Of a DNA stretch of 64,000 nucleotides, positions 1 through 14,936 are shown in pieces; the first letter of the stretch is position 1; every line of letters begins with the position of its first letter. Both the position numbers and the translations under genes were made by a program. The notes beneath the pieces were generated by a model. The model was not told the DNA's origin. It saw only the letters and a program-made list of their open reading frames with translations, and did no database searches. The DNA is taken from assembly GCA_030141605.1 (NCBI GenBank), contig JAQGDQ010000026.1:1005696-1069695 (forward strand), given 5' to 3'. Source of the DNA: Tubiluchus corallicola. Lineage: Eukaryota > Animalia > Priapulida.

Positions 1-305
1 CAGGAAATAGTATGCTTTATGTCACTAAACGACCACTTTTAAAGAAATTTACTATATTTGCCAGACTGTTTATGATCGCTTAGTGCAGTTTGTGTTAGAT
101 ATTCAGACTTATATGACACTGTGAATTGAAAGCTCAAATGGCAAGTGCTCTGATTGCTCAAGATCTAATTTTGAGCCCTGGTTGAATTGCAATTTTTCAG
201 AGCTTTTCTTCTATATTTAATTGTTGATTATGTTAAGGGACTAGTGTGTAGGTCTTATTAGCGTTACATTCATTTTTTTATACCTGTTTCATAATTTCAT
301 TACAG

Positions 306-416
306 AATCACACTTTTATCAGACACTCTGAATGATGTTTACTTGGGATTCAACAAGCTCACTTCTGTAACACCAGACTTGTCATGCTGCACAAATATTG
401 TTGTGCTGGATTTGAG
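306..416 (+). CDS. LRRC40: Leucine-rich repeat protein 40, internal exon (gene begins upstream of the window; join 306-416,650-727,1193-1378,2782-2890)
   Basis: tacag acceptor, gtttgt donor. Reads ITLLSDTLNDVYLGFNKLTSVTPDLSCCTNIVVLDLR (LRR pattern). Phase-2 junctions are consistent across all four exons. Confidence 0.85.
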
Positions 417-649
417 GTTTGTCTATAAATTTGTAACTTTCAAGTAAAGTTCAATTTGTTGTCTCATAGTTTTTAGGTCTAACTGTCTTGTATTCATTCG
501 GGAAATTTTGTTTTTTACCAACGTGCTGATTTTTAAAGAATTAATGTTCGTGCTCTGAGACTTCGTGTAATGTGATAGGTTCCTATTGGTAAACAGTGGA
601 AATAATAGTTTTCACTTTTTTTTCAGAAACAGTTTTTATTTTTTTATAG

Positions 650-727
650 AAATAATCAGTTGTCATCTCTTCCGTCGGAACTTCAGTCTCTTGTTGGCTT
701 ACGCGATCTAGTCATCTCATTCAACAG
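650..727 (+). CDS. LRRC40: LRRC40 internal exon
   Basis: tttatag acceptor, gtaaaa donor. Reads NNQLSSLPSELQSLVGLRDLVISFNR. Confidence 0.88.
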
Positions 728-1192
728 GTAAAAAAAATGTCGTAAAACTGATCGTTGGAACATGATTAATACTAGCATTAGTCATGATATGCTACAGCTG
801 CGTCAGTGCTAGCATTCTTAAATGAAAGAACACAAATTCATTTTCGTAAATTCATTCTTTCATAAATAAAGTCACAATAGGCAAATCAACACAAAATGTG
901 AATGGCTTCTATTGCAAGATATCCTAATGTGTCTACATTAGGATATCTCATAGCCAAATTTCTCATTATAATTAACTGGCCAAATTGCAGAAGTTTGTAA
1001 GCTAAATACACTTGTTTCATTACATTTCAAAATCATTTAAGCTTCCGCTAATGTTTAAACTAATAAACTTTTTTCGTATTTTTTATCATTTGGATCATAA
1101 GCCAGCTAAATGTACTAAAAATCTGATTTGCATGTTGATTTTTATTCATAATTTCCAAAAATAGTACTACTAAATCTATCAATTTATTTTAG

Positions 1193-1378
1193 GTTTACTG
1201 AAGTCCCACCATTTGTATATAATCTGCACAATATGGAAAACTTTTTAGCAGCTGATAACAAGATCAGTAAATTAGATGCTGAGGGATTTAACAAACTTCG
1301 AAAATTAGCCGTCTTGGACTTGCAAAATAATGACATAAGCTTTATACCTCCTGAATTGGGCAATCTCGCTAATTTAAG
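1193..1378 (+). CDS. LRRC40: LRRC40 penultimate exon
   Basis: ttttag acceptor, gtgggc donor. Reads FTEVPPFVYNLHNMENFLAADNKISKLDAEGFNKLRKLAVLDLQNNDISFIPPELGNLANLR. Overlaps ORF 1233-1415. Confidence 0.9.
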
Positions 1379-2371
1379 GTGGGCATCATATACTGATCAT
1401 AACCATTATTTATAATTATCAGCTAATCAAATAAGTAGTTGATGATAATGGTACTATCTAGCAAGTGTTTAGGTTAATTCGTTTACTTAATATTACAAAA
1501 CTAGATTAGTGGAAGACAGAGTTTAGTTGCTTAAAGTCCATGTTCTAAAACACACAATGTTTGTCTGCAACCTGTTCTGCAAGTTACATATTTTGCCTTG
1601 CAAATTTTTGAATTTCCGGGACATAGTAATTTTATGCATTTTTCTCTTAGTTTAATGACTATATAACAAATTTTCATGTCTTTTTACTTTATTTTATATT
1701 TACATTGTGCATACAGTCCAAAAATGAGGTTTTCTTTGCATGATTTGCAAGTGTCACAAAACAATAATCACTATAGAAAGTAGAGAAATCCAATAATTAA
1801 TAATAGATAAATGCAAGATTATAAAAGCATTTGGATTTAATAGAATATACAATACAATACAGCTAATCGCTATTTATAAGCAGTGCCCTGAGTTTCTTTT
1901 TAAATTTGTGATATTGCTTAATTCAATTTTAATTGCATATTGATTATAATGCTTGCTTGCTCTGACTATATACCAAAATTAAATATTTGTACAGGTATAA
2001 AAAGTAAATTTGACTGCCTGGTGTTCCGAGCAATCATATTATTATAGAAATTTAGCTGATTATAGATATGAGAGGGTTGTTTAGTGACTAATATTTCATG
2101 GAGTATTAAGCAAGCATTGGCAAATGTAGATGATTCTGTAGCAAATAAAAGTTTAAATTTTATGATAATTTTTCATCATACAGAGTGGTACATAATCTTT
2201 TGCTAGAGGATATAGAAATGAGTAACATGGCAAAACAATTTATTACCTCAGTGTATTCACTGCTTAAACAATAACAAATTTATCATGCTGTCATAATTTA
2301 CCATGAAAACTTTTTACCACATTTTACACAGTCTATAATCTTGTGGGGTAAGATCAGAGGGAGGGAGATTT

Positions 2372-2616
<245 letters not shown>

Positions 2617-2764
2617 TGAAAACTGTAGATTTAATTTTTCTGATTAAACTGAATGGCCTGGAAATTTGCCGGATGTTAAACCCGCCAGCCAGAAAGACTG
2701 GATTGTTTGGATGTTAAAATGACTTAAAAAAAACATGCCACCGCAATTTGCATTTAGAGAGTGA

Positions 2765-2890
<126 letters not shown>

Positions 2891-5819
2891 AGTAACATCA
2901 TCGTTTTTGTCATTTTTTTACAAGTGTCAGTGTTTGTTTTTTGCTGTATCCAAGTGCATTGATTCCACGGTTGTCATATTGTTATTATTTTGTCTGTTTT
3001 TGCATCTACTGTGCTTTTTTAATTCTTAAGTGCCAAATCTTTCAATTGATCAAGTTGTTTTTTTAAAGGTACAGTTACAGTCATATTTCTGATGTGCTGA
3101 TGTGCATAAATTGTAAGTTTTCATTAATCTGTGATTTATAGTTTATAGTTTATACTTTCTGCATCTTTTAAATTCAGCCAACAGAAGAATGTGAAATTAT
3201 GGTATAATTTTTGCACTAATTTAAGCACGAATAATATTAGTGATTGTGATTTGCTGATTATTTTTTGTGTATTACAAGGATTGCACATGCAATCACGAAA
3301 TTTTACTAGTTGATATATAAATTGATGTCCAATTTTTTACTTTACAGTTTGTAGACAGTAGTATTATGATAGGTAATAAATTTTCTTTATTGAAAAATGT
3401 TGTTTTTCAATTAAAACCTTACAATTTGAATGAGTGTTATTTACTTTGTTTACAAGGACTGTGTACAAGGTCCTAAAAATAAAACATTCTAGTCGATGTG
3501 AAAATTGTTTATTTATGCAAACATATGTATCATGTAATCATAGAACAAAATTAGCAAAACATCTATGTAATTACATTATAATTAAAGACTGATATGTCCA
3601 TTTGTGTATTTTTCAAAAACTGTTCGTAATCTCACCAATAACAAATTTATCATTCGCATTATTTTACTATTTGTGATATCTACACACAACAAGACAATGT
3701 CAGTAATTATGTAAAGCAACTGTAACCAAAACTTCTTTGATTGAGGTTATCTAGTGCAACTATTGACTAACATAGTTTAACAGCAAGCATTTATAATAAA
3801 GAAAAATGTTCAAAAAAGTATCTGCCGTATTGTTGAACACTATGACTAGAAATATTATAAAAGAAACGAATAATGAGATTATGATGTATGACTTTGCCAT
3901 ATACAAAGCTTCCATCGCAGGAATGTATCTAACATACATTTTACTAACATGAAAATAAGTTTCTAAAGCAAAAATATACTGTCTTCACTATAAGCAAAAT
4001 TTGACAAATACATGCATACATACTGCAGCAATTACCTGTACGCGACAGAAACATGCATGATTATACTGGAAATAGACAATAGGACAATATCCAAAGCATA
4101 AGTTTGAAAGACACACTGAAATGACTAAAAACCTTTCTAATGTACTACATGCACTTGCATTAGTATTTAACATGATTACTGCAAAACACAAACAAATTAG
4201 AAGAACCCGGCTCAGTTTATATGGTAACTGTACCCGAAAGTTAACCCAAGTTTTGCTGCAGTGAGAAACGTGCCACACTTTGTTTTTATTTCTGTTGTTA
4301 TCTATTAACAGGTGAAAAATGGCAAAAGAATACAAATCGGTGCAATAAATCAAATACAATAAATAAATGCTGAAATACAATCTTTGCTATTACTGTTGAT
4401 TAAACAATCAAGAATCAAATTAAAATGCGTAATTTGCCTGCAATTACACACAATAAGGAAAATTCCAGAAAACAATCTCCACTTATAGTCTTATACAGTC
4501 AAAAGCGTGACATGAATGTCACTGGTTGTTATGTAGACGTGGTTTAAATGAGATCTAGTTGCGTCGCGAACTCCCTGTATGTCTGAAACAAAACAAGAAG
4601 TAGTCTTTTATTGATGATTATTATTTCTTTCTATAAAATTTGGTATTTTGCATATTCGAGCAGTCAAAGGACAAGGCCACCTTAGCACAAAATTAATGGT
4701 TGCGGTGGGGCCAACGATAAATTTAGGATGAATCACTTGAAATGAAATTGACAGAGCTTAGTCGATGGGTGCATGTACGAACGTCACAGATCTATTTATT
4801 ACCTGACTTGGATTATTAACTTCAATGCCAAGCAGGCATACGAACAATGTCTACCTCACTGCTTAGTGCTCATTTTGTTATAAATTTATAGACACATACA
4901 TTATTTATTATTTTATTTATTTTACGTTTATTTGAGTACATGATAAGTACCATCGAATAATAAACAAAGCATAGTGAAAAATCACAATTAAAAATATTTC
5001 TACAACACAAATAAAATAAATATTTACACAAAGAAAAGATAATTAGTAAGCTAAATATGTAAAAAGGGCTTGCCGACGAAGGCTAAAAGTGTTTTTGCGT
5101 AAAATGACTTTAAAATGATTACAGCCATTTTCGATACATATTTTCGATGATGTGGGGCCCCTACGGTAAGCAAAAAACTTCGTCAATGCAAAATAGTAAG
5201 GCGCTTTTAATTTCCTAATACTGTAGTACCAACATTAAAAGTGATCCAGAGGTTAGAACAGTAAAAAGTTGAACAATAAGATTTAAATAGAACACATTTG
5301 ACATTGGCAGAGCAAAAACTAAAATTTTATAATAATAACAATAATAATAATAATAAAAAGTTAAAAAACTGGAGAATGCTCTTACCTACACTTGCACAGA
5401 TTGGTTTAATTTAACGAGCAAATCTAAATAAATTTCTTTTAAGATTTTTATTAACTAAGCACACTCTTCACCTACAAAAAACATAGTACTAAAAGCTGCA
5501 ATGTAGATTTATTCATAAATAATTACCAAATAAACTGTTTGTCTATTTTGTCAGTTGGTGACTGACTTTCCTTCACAACCAATAATATTTTAGTTTTAAG
5601 AAATATTGCATGTAATAAACATCCAAGTATGCCAAAATAAAAATTGTTTACTAATGTATATATTAAAATCAGCCTGATTTTATTCAGAAACAAATGTCAA
5701 TTTCAAGTGCATAATATACACATATTTCAAGCTATTAGCAGCAGATACATGCAAATATTATCTTAATTTTTGGTCAAAGGGACCCAAATTGCTACTCATC
5801 TTGATGTTATGCTTGTTGG

Positions 5820-6240
5820 GAGAGACAAAGCCTAAAGCTCCATGATTTGCTATGGTTTGCACAAAACTTCACACGAATATACTAGAAAAATGTTTGCATT
5901 GACTGATGGAGTCAGATCTGTCATTTTGAAGTTATGATCACGGTGATAACAGCACTTTTGAACAGAGCCTAAGGCTCTGACAATTTGAGATGGATCATTG
6001 TGAAACTTTATAGGGATGTATTAGAACGAATTCCACAATGACTGAAGGAATGGAATTTTGACTCTGCCATCTTGAATTCAGGACGGTGGTGATAAAATCA
6101 TTTTCGAAAAAGAACTAAAGCTCTGCCATCTTGCAATGGATTGTCATGAAGCCTTGTCGGAATATAGCAAAACAAATGCCGCATCGACTGACTGAGTCAG
6201 ATTTTGGATTTGTCACATGAAATTCAAGATCGCAGCACCA
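5820..6240. repeat. Diverged tandem repeat, about 3 copies of a ~140-bp unit
   Basis: Recurring gcctaaagctc...atgga...gactga...gagtcagat...ttgaa...ggtgataa blocks starting near 5829, 5966 and 6112. Confidence 0.65.
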
Positions 6241-6956
6241 ACTTCATTTCTAATCCATGATTTTTAGTTCTGCAAGTACCTTGACCAGTAGTTCGAGTTG
6301 AACTAGCTTTCTTTATGCTTGTAGCAAATATATACATCTCAAATGCTAACGTCCAAGGTGTGCATCTGCCAGAAGCACCACTAAATATGATTAAAACAAT
6401 AAGTACCCTCATCGCTTAAAATATTAACTTTTGAAGAAAAAAAGATTGCACAAATAGTAACAAAAAAGTAACATTGGTTAAGTGTAAGACACGTGGTAAT
6501 TTGAGGCATTTAAGTAAATGTACAAAGCTATTAAGGCTATTAGTCCTTTTTGTAATAAAATCACCAATACCTGTGCATCAGTAAACAACAGCGATCGTGA
6601 AATAAACAAACACTTAGCTATGACATCGTATTTCCAAAGATTAACAACTTGACCTGAAAAACAATTGTTGTATTGACAGTGAAAATTTTGCCCGATTTAT
6701 AAAACAGATTAGAAATGATAACGCTAAACAGAAAATGTCTAAGGCCTAGTGAAAAATGAAACACCTCAACAGGAATACAGATCTGGATCGTTGTAGACAG
6801 TAGTATAAGAATTGAGGGTACACCACAAATGATCACAAACGTATTTGAATAGTGTTCCAATTAAAGGCCAATTAAGTACCATAAAAGGGACATAACTGAC
6901 TAATTTAATTTAAGGCTGTACCTAAATTATTCATTACATAATATATACATAAATTA

Positions 6957-7070
6957 GGGTGCACTCCCTATAAGTTGCTGCCATTATAAGCTGCGTGCCT
7001 AAAACGAGCAGCAACTAAAAATTACACTTTGTGTATGTTATCTCGGGAAAACTTAAGATTGAGTGCACCC
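6957..7070. mobile_element. Short MITE with 10-bp TIRs
   Basis: GGGTGCACTC ... GAGTGCACCC; flanks tta/ata. Confidence 0.5.
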
Positions 7071-8153
7071 ATACAATAACAGTGCCACAAGAAATGAATG
7101 CTATATTCATGATATGGCAGACTGACGTTAGCAACATTAAAGGTCGAAAAGCATGATACGAATATTTATCTCAGGCAGTGAACTAAATGCAAACCAACAT
7201 TTTTGAATACTACAATGGTTAAAAATTAGATTCCTGTCCAGATGGTTGCTTAGCCTCAGGCGCTTGTGATAAAAGCAAGTAAAAGCCGAGTGAAAAAATT
7301 TTCTACAGTAAAATGTTCATTACTGAAAAATTTACTATGATCATACTAGTGCAAGTTCATGCTTAACGACTCATTTCAAAATCCAACAGCTCATACAATC
7401 ACTAACCTACTTTAGCTTTCTATATAAAAATGATATTTGGTTGATTGGATACATATCATAAGAGACTTATAGTACAACTTTAGCAGATTATTAAACAATA
7501 AGAACAAATAAAAATTATTGCTTTAATAATATTTAACTAATACAAACCACTTTCTTTGCTAGCATAATTTCCAGCTGAATCACAGACAAAAAAAGTTCCC
7601 GAAGCAAAAGATACCTGCTCAATGTGTGTCATATTAATAAGCAGATCTCCCTATAATGGAAAATTTAATATTAGTGTTATGCTAAATATGAGTAGCAAAC
7701 AATACAGGTAGCAGATGTTTGTACTAGCTGTGACTTTCAGCGTGTAAATGAGCTGAGTTAGCACATATCAGTTTCAATATTTGAACTATGGTAATTCACT
7801 ATCCCTATATTTCCTGCAATAAACCCAGCTATAAAAACCAAAATGCAATTTTCTGTGATATCTGTAATAGATGGATACAGTAAATCAATTACAAACTGAT
7901 TCTAAGTGCAAAATCAATATTAATTATTAGGGGTGAGCATTATACACGTATGTAATTACATATATGTGTGTATATATCAGTTTCCATATTGTCCACGCTC
8001 ATAAATGCGCACAAATAAATATACCAGACAAATGCACTCACAGAATACAGCAAAGGCAGGCGAAAAATGCTCATTTCTGGAGCTTTTTTGCAAAACTAAT
8101 ACTGCTGCTACAACCAAATGTAACGGGTTCTTCCGCGTCTCACGCCTCATGTT

Positions 8154-10830
8154 CTACAAGGTTTTGTGGAAGTTGGTTAAATAATTTAGAACTGTGTAAT
8201 CCTGCTAATGAACAGATGGCAATGAAAACATAACATCCTATGTCACGTGGCACAAGCAATAGGTTCTCCCTAAATAATAACTACAGTCAAACCTCTTTAT
8301 AGTCAAATCGTTGTAGCACCTCTTTTATAATGGTAAAACAAAAGGTCTATATTTGTATAGGTGTGTATGTGTTAATGCACCTCTTTAGTATTAACTGTTC
8401 AGTTCGTCAACATACAGTAGAAGTTTTAGAATGTGACTAATGTTCTTTGAAAAGTGGATTAGCATTTTCCATTCATAAAAATGTAAGCTCACTATAGTCA
8501 CTGCTGTATGTAATTGTGTATCACAGTTTATTCTGTAATAAGCTCCAACTGATTCGAACCATTCAAGTGCAGTATTTCTGCACTAAGAGAGATGATCATA
8601 AGCACTTTAATTCTTATAGACCCGGCTCTTGATAGTTCGACGCCCTAGGCAAAAGTATTCTAGCGCCCCCTCCTCAATGATCAACCCCCTTCCCCACAGT
8701 ACCTACTACGCTCCCAATATTGAACTTTTCTTGCAAAATATTATAAGGATACTTGACTTATGCGTGTATTATAGTGTACTGATTAAGTGTAGTTAATTGA
8801 CGTCTAGCATAATGCCAATCATTTTCATTGACTGCCCAATGAGCGTGCAAGTTATTTCACACCCCTGCAGAGCTTGATTAACGCAGACACAATTGGAACA
8901 TTTAGCTACAGCTGCATCTAATACTGTTATGAGAAATGCTCAACTTTTCATTAGTTAGCAGGAGAAATATTGGCCTAGTTCTAGATTTTATTATTGTCAA
9001 TTGAAATTGCAAGTGAATTAGTGGAAATGTAGGAAGAAATGCACAACGCTTATGTCTATGAGTAGCTGATTAAACCATTTTGCAATCAAGAAAATACGCA
9101 GTTTAGTTTAGTTTATGGCTTTGCAAGTTAGATAAAACAACTATTTGATTAACCTTAAATAAGGACGAAACAAAATGTTTTATTTACTGGCCAGTTTTTA
9201 TAGACCTCAATGAGATTTTTACAGTCAAAATTAATTCGAATGTATTCGAAATGTATATCATACATCAATGTGATATTAGTTTATTTTATGCTATTTTTCT
9301 GGTTATAATCACTGTTAAAAGATGCCTTTGGGACTTATGTAACTCGGGCATTCAATATAAGAGTCACCTATGGAATAAAACAATCAAATTTATGCCATTT
9401 CTGTAGCCCAACAAATGCAAAAATACAAAAACTGAATAAATCTTGCAGATGAGCACATGGTCAGTTACTATAGAAAAATACATGGCAGGCATGGTGTTCG
9501 CAAAGGCAAGAGAGACTTAATATTTTTGTTGCTAATTTATTGTAAAGCAAGGATAACTGGCTTAGTTTCTTTATCATACTTATGTTTCTGTATGTTGCAG
9601 TGTTTTGAAACTTCATCTCTACATTCTGTTTAAATTGAATAGTCATTTTTTGCTACTTGAAGTGTTAATTTCATGTAAAAAAAGCTGCTGCTCTGCAAAT
9701 TTGTGTTTATGAAAAAGTGCAATCAGTTTATCTGCTGATTAGACATTAGTTGTTTAGTTTAGTTTAGTTTAATAGTTGTTATCCAGCATGAGCTGTTGTC
9801 CCGAATGCCGCTGAGCGTGCTTACGTTACAGCGGAGGCAGAGAGATAGACCTATATGTTTGACGTCAGTTTGTATTGATTAAATTTGATTTAGAATTCAC
9901 TACTGCTTGAATTTGAAATTGGCTTTTTGACCCCAGCTTTTTTACCTTATTTGTTTCCTGTATGCCCTCTCTTGAAGACTTCGATTCTTATAGGTTTGTG
10001 TTTAGATATGTTTAGATAAATGCTATTGTATTGTGTGAAATTTCTTTATTGACAGAAGGGTCATTCTATAAGCACTTACATATAAGATATAGAAATTGTG
10101 GGCAAAAGCAGGGTAATGTGTCAGTAATGTGTGTGATGTAATTTCAGAAATGATATAATCTTAGGAAACCAGATAAAATAAAAATAGAAAGTGTTTCCTA
10201 CGGAAGACGCTGGCATCGATGAATCATACATTTCAGTAGGAAAATAACGCAACTTGTTAGTTTCATTTAATTAGTGTGGTGCACTTAAAGAATTACACAT
10301 ACACTATGCTATTACTTATACTAAACTTAAATATTAAACAACTGCTTCCAGAATTTAACGCTCCCAAATATGTGGCACCTTAGGCAACTGCCTAGTTTGT
10401 TTAATGATAGAGTCGGCCCTGATTGCACCCCATAGTACAAGATGTTAGTTAGGCATTGTGCTGTGACTTAACTCAGACACGAGTACTGAACCTAATACTT
10501 ATTTCACACCAAAGCAAATAGTGTTCACCTGCCAGCAATGAATTAAACCAATATACCAACATACAAATGGTTTTAAGATTTTACCAAAATGATAAGTCTA
10601 GTAACTTTCTTATTAATTTACCTGGACAGGTAAGTATAACGTTTGTGAATCCTCTTTCCAGAGTTCTGACTGAAATGCATTCGACGAGCCAGCTAAATGT
10701 ATAAAATTCTTTGGCCCTAAACAAAAGCAGGCTTCATTTTTTTCAAGTAGCGTCATGTGTTAAATCTGCTAGCACATGACATGTACATATGTACACACAC
10801 ACACACACACACACACACGTATGCACGCAC

Positions 10831-10873
<43 letters not shown>

Positions 10874-11279
10874 TAAGGCTGGATATACATAATTTTAGTA
10901 CTAACAGTGCCAACAACTTCACCATTCTCAGCAATTTGTACGTCAAATAAAAGGCGTCAATATACTCTCTTCTTAAGGATTATTTAAAGGAAATGGAATT
11001 AAAAACTTAAGGTGTAAAATAGAACTATTTTTCATCCATTCACTAACACGAGTATGGAAATTTCAAATTTTCAGGTAATGCATTGTATGCTCATAGCAAA
11101 ACTAATAAGTCTTTAAAGTTCAATAATCTCTGCTGGCCAAGTTAAAGCTCAACAATTTCTACTAGCTGCTAGTACTTACTTGAACTGACTGAGGATCCAT
11201 TATGGTTGAACAAATTATAAGTAAAATCATCATCTATGCGTTTCCTCTTGAGACCTGCTGCATTGCAGTGGTCAGCCAT
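8154..11279 (-). CDS. Putative ~73-aa small protein with a KRKR motif, join(11279-11180,10692-10622,8204-8154)
   Basis: Phase-compatible exons (1 then 0) give MADHCNAAGLKRKRIDDDFTYNLFNHNGSSVSSTGSSNAFQSELWKEDSQTLYLPVQQDYTVLNYLTNFHKTL*. Donors gtaagt and gtaaat. No family firmly recognised. Confidence 0.4.
8617..10421. mobile_element. Decayed non-autonomous hAT-like element
   Basis: Left end tagacccggctct...cgccctaggcaa; right end ccttaggcaactgcctag...agagtcggccctg (CAGGGCCGGCTCT-type TIRs). TSD not preserved. A similar left end occurs near 11848. Confidence 0.5.
10792..10871. repeat. (CA)n microsatellite
   Basis: Interrupted CA run. Confidence 0.95.
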
Positions 11280-11416
11280 TTCACCAAGAATAACACAAAG
11301 TCGTGAAAATATAGGTGGACTGTAAATATACAACAAGCAAAGTAAATAGCAAAAACACAAATATGCCTAATACAACAGACTGCAGCAGTTCAGTACAACA
11401 TTCAAGAAAATTTACT

Positions 11417-11716
11417 GGGCAATTCCACGGTTAGTAACATTATATCTTAGGGATGTTATCATGTTTTAAATAAGAGCCATTTCTTTATCTATTGATCTAT
11501 TAAGTCTCATTCATGTTATAATACATCAATCTAGCCTAGACAGGAAAGAATGTAAACATTTCATGGAATAATAATGAAGAAAGCATTGCTTTTAATGTCG
11601 GTTAATAACATTACAAAAAAGGACATAAGAAATTAATGAACATCTTTGAATGAAAAGTTTCCTAAAATGGAATATGTCTCAAAGATATAAATGTCCCTCT
11701 AATTGTAGAATTGCCC
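11417..11716. mobile_element. MITE with GGGCAATTC TIRs
   Basis: GGGCAATTCCAC ... GTAGAATTGCCC (11/12 match); flanks tact/taca. Confidence 0.65.
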
Positions 11717-14700
11717 TACACATTTTCCAATAAAAATTTTATTCAACCAATCACGTACAACAAAAAGAGCAAAAAAGTCGGAACAAGTAATACACAATTT
11801 TGTACTGCAATTACAGACAATAAGAAGGTGGGGGACAGGATTGTCTGCAAGGCCAGCGCTAGATAGTCTGACGACCAAGGCAAAAATATTTTTATCACCT
11901 CAATGGTTAATCCATTCCTCACTCTCCAAAACCGAATTTTTCTTGTAATTTAGTGTAGTTAATTTCCTATCTACCACTTGTGTTGATTTGAATGTAAAAT
12001 TTAATTTGTGACCCCCTATACATGTGGGTGTTTAGAAGCAATCAAACCTCTGCAATTTCTGTTACTTTTGGCTATAGTTTCCCTCAGCCTTTTTGAAACC
12101 ACAAGTCATCTTTTTCACATATACACCCATTTCACTAGCTTCACCTTCACCATAACTCTGGTCTATTGGCACATACTTCAATAGCAAATCTTTTTAATGT
12201 TCAACATTGCCAGTTGCAATTTTTCCCACCTTTCATTTCTTGTAGTCAATTCCTGAAAACTTCGATGCTTATAAGTTTATCTGTCATAATTACACAAATG
12301 CTATGGTCTGGAAGGATGATTTACATTTTTCAACTATATATGTGTTTATCTGTTAAAAGGGGGTACTACACCATACATGGGCCTATACTGACTCATTACG
12401 CAATACAACCAATGCAGGGCCTTGACCAGAAAAGGCACCTACGTATGGCTATCCAGAACGGGCAAGTGAATAGGAGCGCCTTGATGTGGCTGACCAAAAT
12501 ACGTAACTGATATGGCTTACCGAAAAGAATGAACAAGCAATTTTTCCAGCACATGGCTACATATAAGTTCACATATAACTTTGCCTGTGTGCAGGGAAGC
12601 TTACACAAGGAGATATAAGCTTGCTTTGCTTTAAACATCAGAGGTGACTGCTTTAAATCAAAAGCATCAGTACTAGGCTAATTTTAAATTATAGTTAAAC
12701 TAAAACCACACAGTTACTAATACTTAGCTTAGTTAAACATCTGTTCTAATTATTAGGCAGGGCTGAATTTATAATGGAAAATTTCACAACATAAAGTGCT
12801 TTGAATAGCATAAAGTGCTATGCAAATCTAGAATTGCGCAGCAATTTTGCAGTTTTATGTAGCAGTTTACAATACTACAAAAACAAAAAAACATGAAACA
12901 GAAATGTTGCCGTGGTACTGAGTCAAATTTGACTATTTAATAAAAATGGAATTAATCAGATCAAATTGTCATAAATATAGAATAAGGCTTAGTTACCAAA
13001 ACCAAAGATATTTATCAGAACTGTTCAATATTGCAACTGATTAAAACAAAGTTTCGTTAACTTTGGTACACAGCTGCTTTCTTCAGCTATGCCATCAAAT
13101 AAGCACTATATTAGTGCAACTAACATTTTCCTTTTTATATATGAATAAAAATCCGTTCGCAATAACATGTTAGTGATCCTTACAAACAAAGTTAGTGGGC
13201 AAGTTGGGAACACACCATACCTAATCTAGTTTCGGCACATCAGGTACACTTTGTTCAAAATACCAGTGGCAAACTTGATGGTTTTAGTTTATACATAATA
13301 AACACTGCACATAATATATTCTATAGATGAGCATAAAAATTTAACCTATGATGTATTTTACAGCAGTAAGCAATGCCACAAAAATTAATTAGCAGCAACT
13401 GTGATGCAAAACTATGTAGCACCTGGCAAAAAATGTGCAGCATTTTGCACTGTAATACCAGATAAATTTAGCTCTTTTAATATCATGCAATTTACACTTT
13501 CTTTCTTCTGAGCACTTAATTAAAAATCCAATGCAAAGTTAAACTAAATTATTTTTACTTGTACCACTTGCTTAAAATTAAAGTTAAATTAGACCCGCAA
13601 GTGAAAGTCGAAAGTGATACATAGCAACATACTTTAATGTCTTTTAATGATTACATACAAGTCACGCTATATAACTTGCTCAAACTGAGATCTATGAAGT
13701 TGACTATGAAGAGCTCTTCTGGCATATCACACTGTCACACTGTGACACATTAGTGACTATCATCGTCATAATTATACTATTATGTCTAATGTAGACATTG
13801 AACAGGCAGAATTTTAAAATTCTAAAAACAACAACCCCCAAAACAGGTAAACACAGCAATAATTCAGCAAAAAAAACTAGACACTGCTATGCCAGTGGCT
13901 TGTCAGTACCACCTTCGTTTGAAGTGACTAATGCAAGCTAACAATTGTTGCCATATCTGCTTGATAAGTAATGATGTCAAAGTTGAAACTGCAAGCCTCA
14001 AAATTATTATTAAGATCTGTGTATGATCAAGGATAGTTGATTTCATAATTTATGTCTTTTGCTGCAAGTCCTTCCCATTTCTTTGGTTATTTAAAGCAAA
14101 AGCTAAGTTTTTCAGGAAGTCTTTCCAACTCATTCAAGTCTTTCAGTTTATTTTAATATTTGAGAAAAATGTTAGAAAGTTGCAGCCATGAAGCTGTTAT
14201 AAGCACCATACGTAATTAGTAAAATCAATTAAAAGTCCCGATTACTACACGCTTGGGCGCGCTCATTTTGAACGAAACATGGTGTCACCCAGTTCCGGTG
14301 CAATGTAAACACTTTTTCTGCCATGTGCTTCAGCAATCTTTTTTTGTCTTACAGAGCAATCTCTGTAAACTAAGTAACCCAACCAAGCATATAGGTACTA
14401 CATGCTGACAAGTTTGCTGGCGTACCTGAAAATCAACAAAAATCGATAAACTAATTATTTACACAATTACGTATACTACTTACACATTTTAAGGCATAAT
14501 CCCGTGGATTCAAGTTAACCACTTTAAGTTTGGTCATAATTGATCCAATGACTAATTTTTACTTAAACACAGTTAGAAACAATGCTAGATTGAATAACGG
14601 AATTTCTTAGTGAATTGCAGAAATTTTGCAATGCGTACCTTGACCACAGCTTGCCTTCAGCAGGGTGCAGACACCAGGTTATGTCGTTTTTTGAAATATA

Positions 14701-14936
14701 GTGGCAGCGATATTCGTTTGGAGGAGATAAGAAATATTTAAATTTCTTTTACATTTTTAAACAAGGCATTTTACGCACATATATTGTGTGGCAATTTCAA
14801 TATTTTTAATTATATATTGATTTGATATTAAAATGTAATAAATGTTGTTTGAGAATTGGTTTCTCCTTAAAGTTGTACTAGTCTTTTATGTATTTTTTAT
14901 TTGGGATGAAAAATAAAATCATAAATGATTTGTGCA

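Larger units (their letters stand above)
4400..14720 (-). other. Candidate multi-exon minus-strand transcript (small-protein gene or lncRNA)
   Basis: Series of minus-strand segments bounded by pyrimidine-tract AG and GT donors: ~14720-14639, 14426-?, ~12647-12521, 11319-11180, 10692-10622, 8204-8042, 6380-6280, 5423-5386, and a terminal exon from 4582. No long ORF; outer limits approximate. Confidence 0.45.

Noticed and set aside
6340-6380. TGGTGCTTC resembling the antizyme frameshift context
   Set aside because: It lacks the TCC-TGA site and any antizyme domain downstream.
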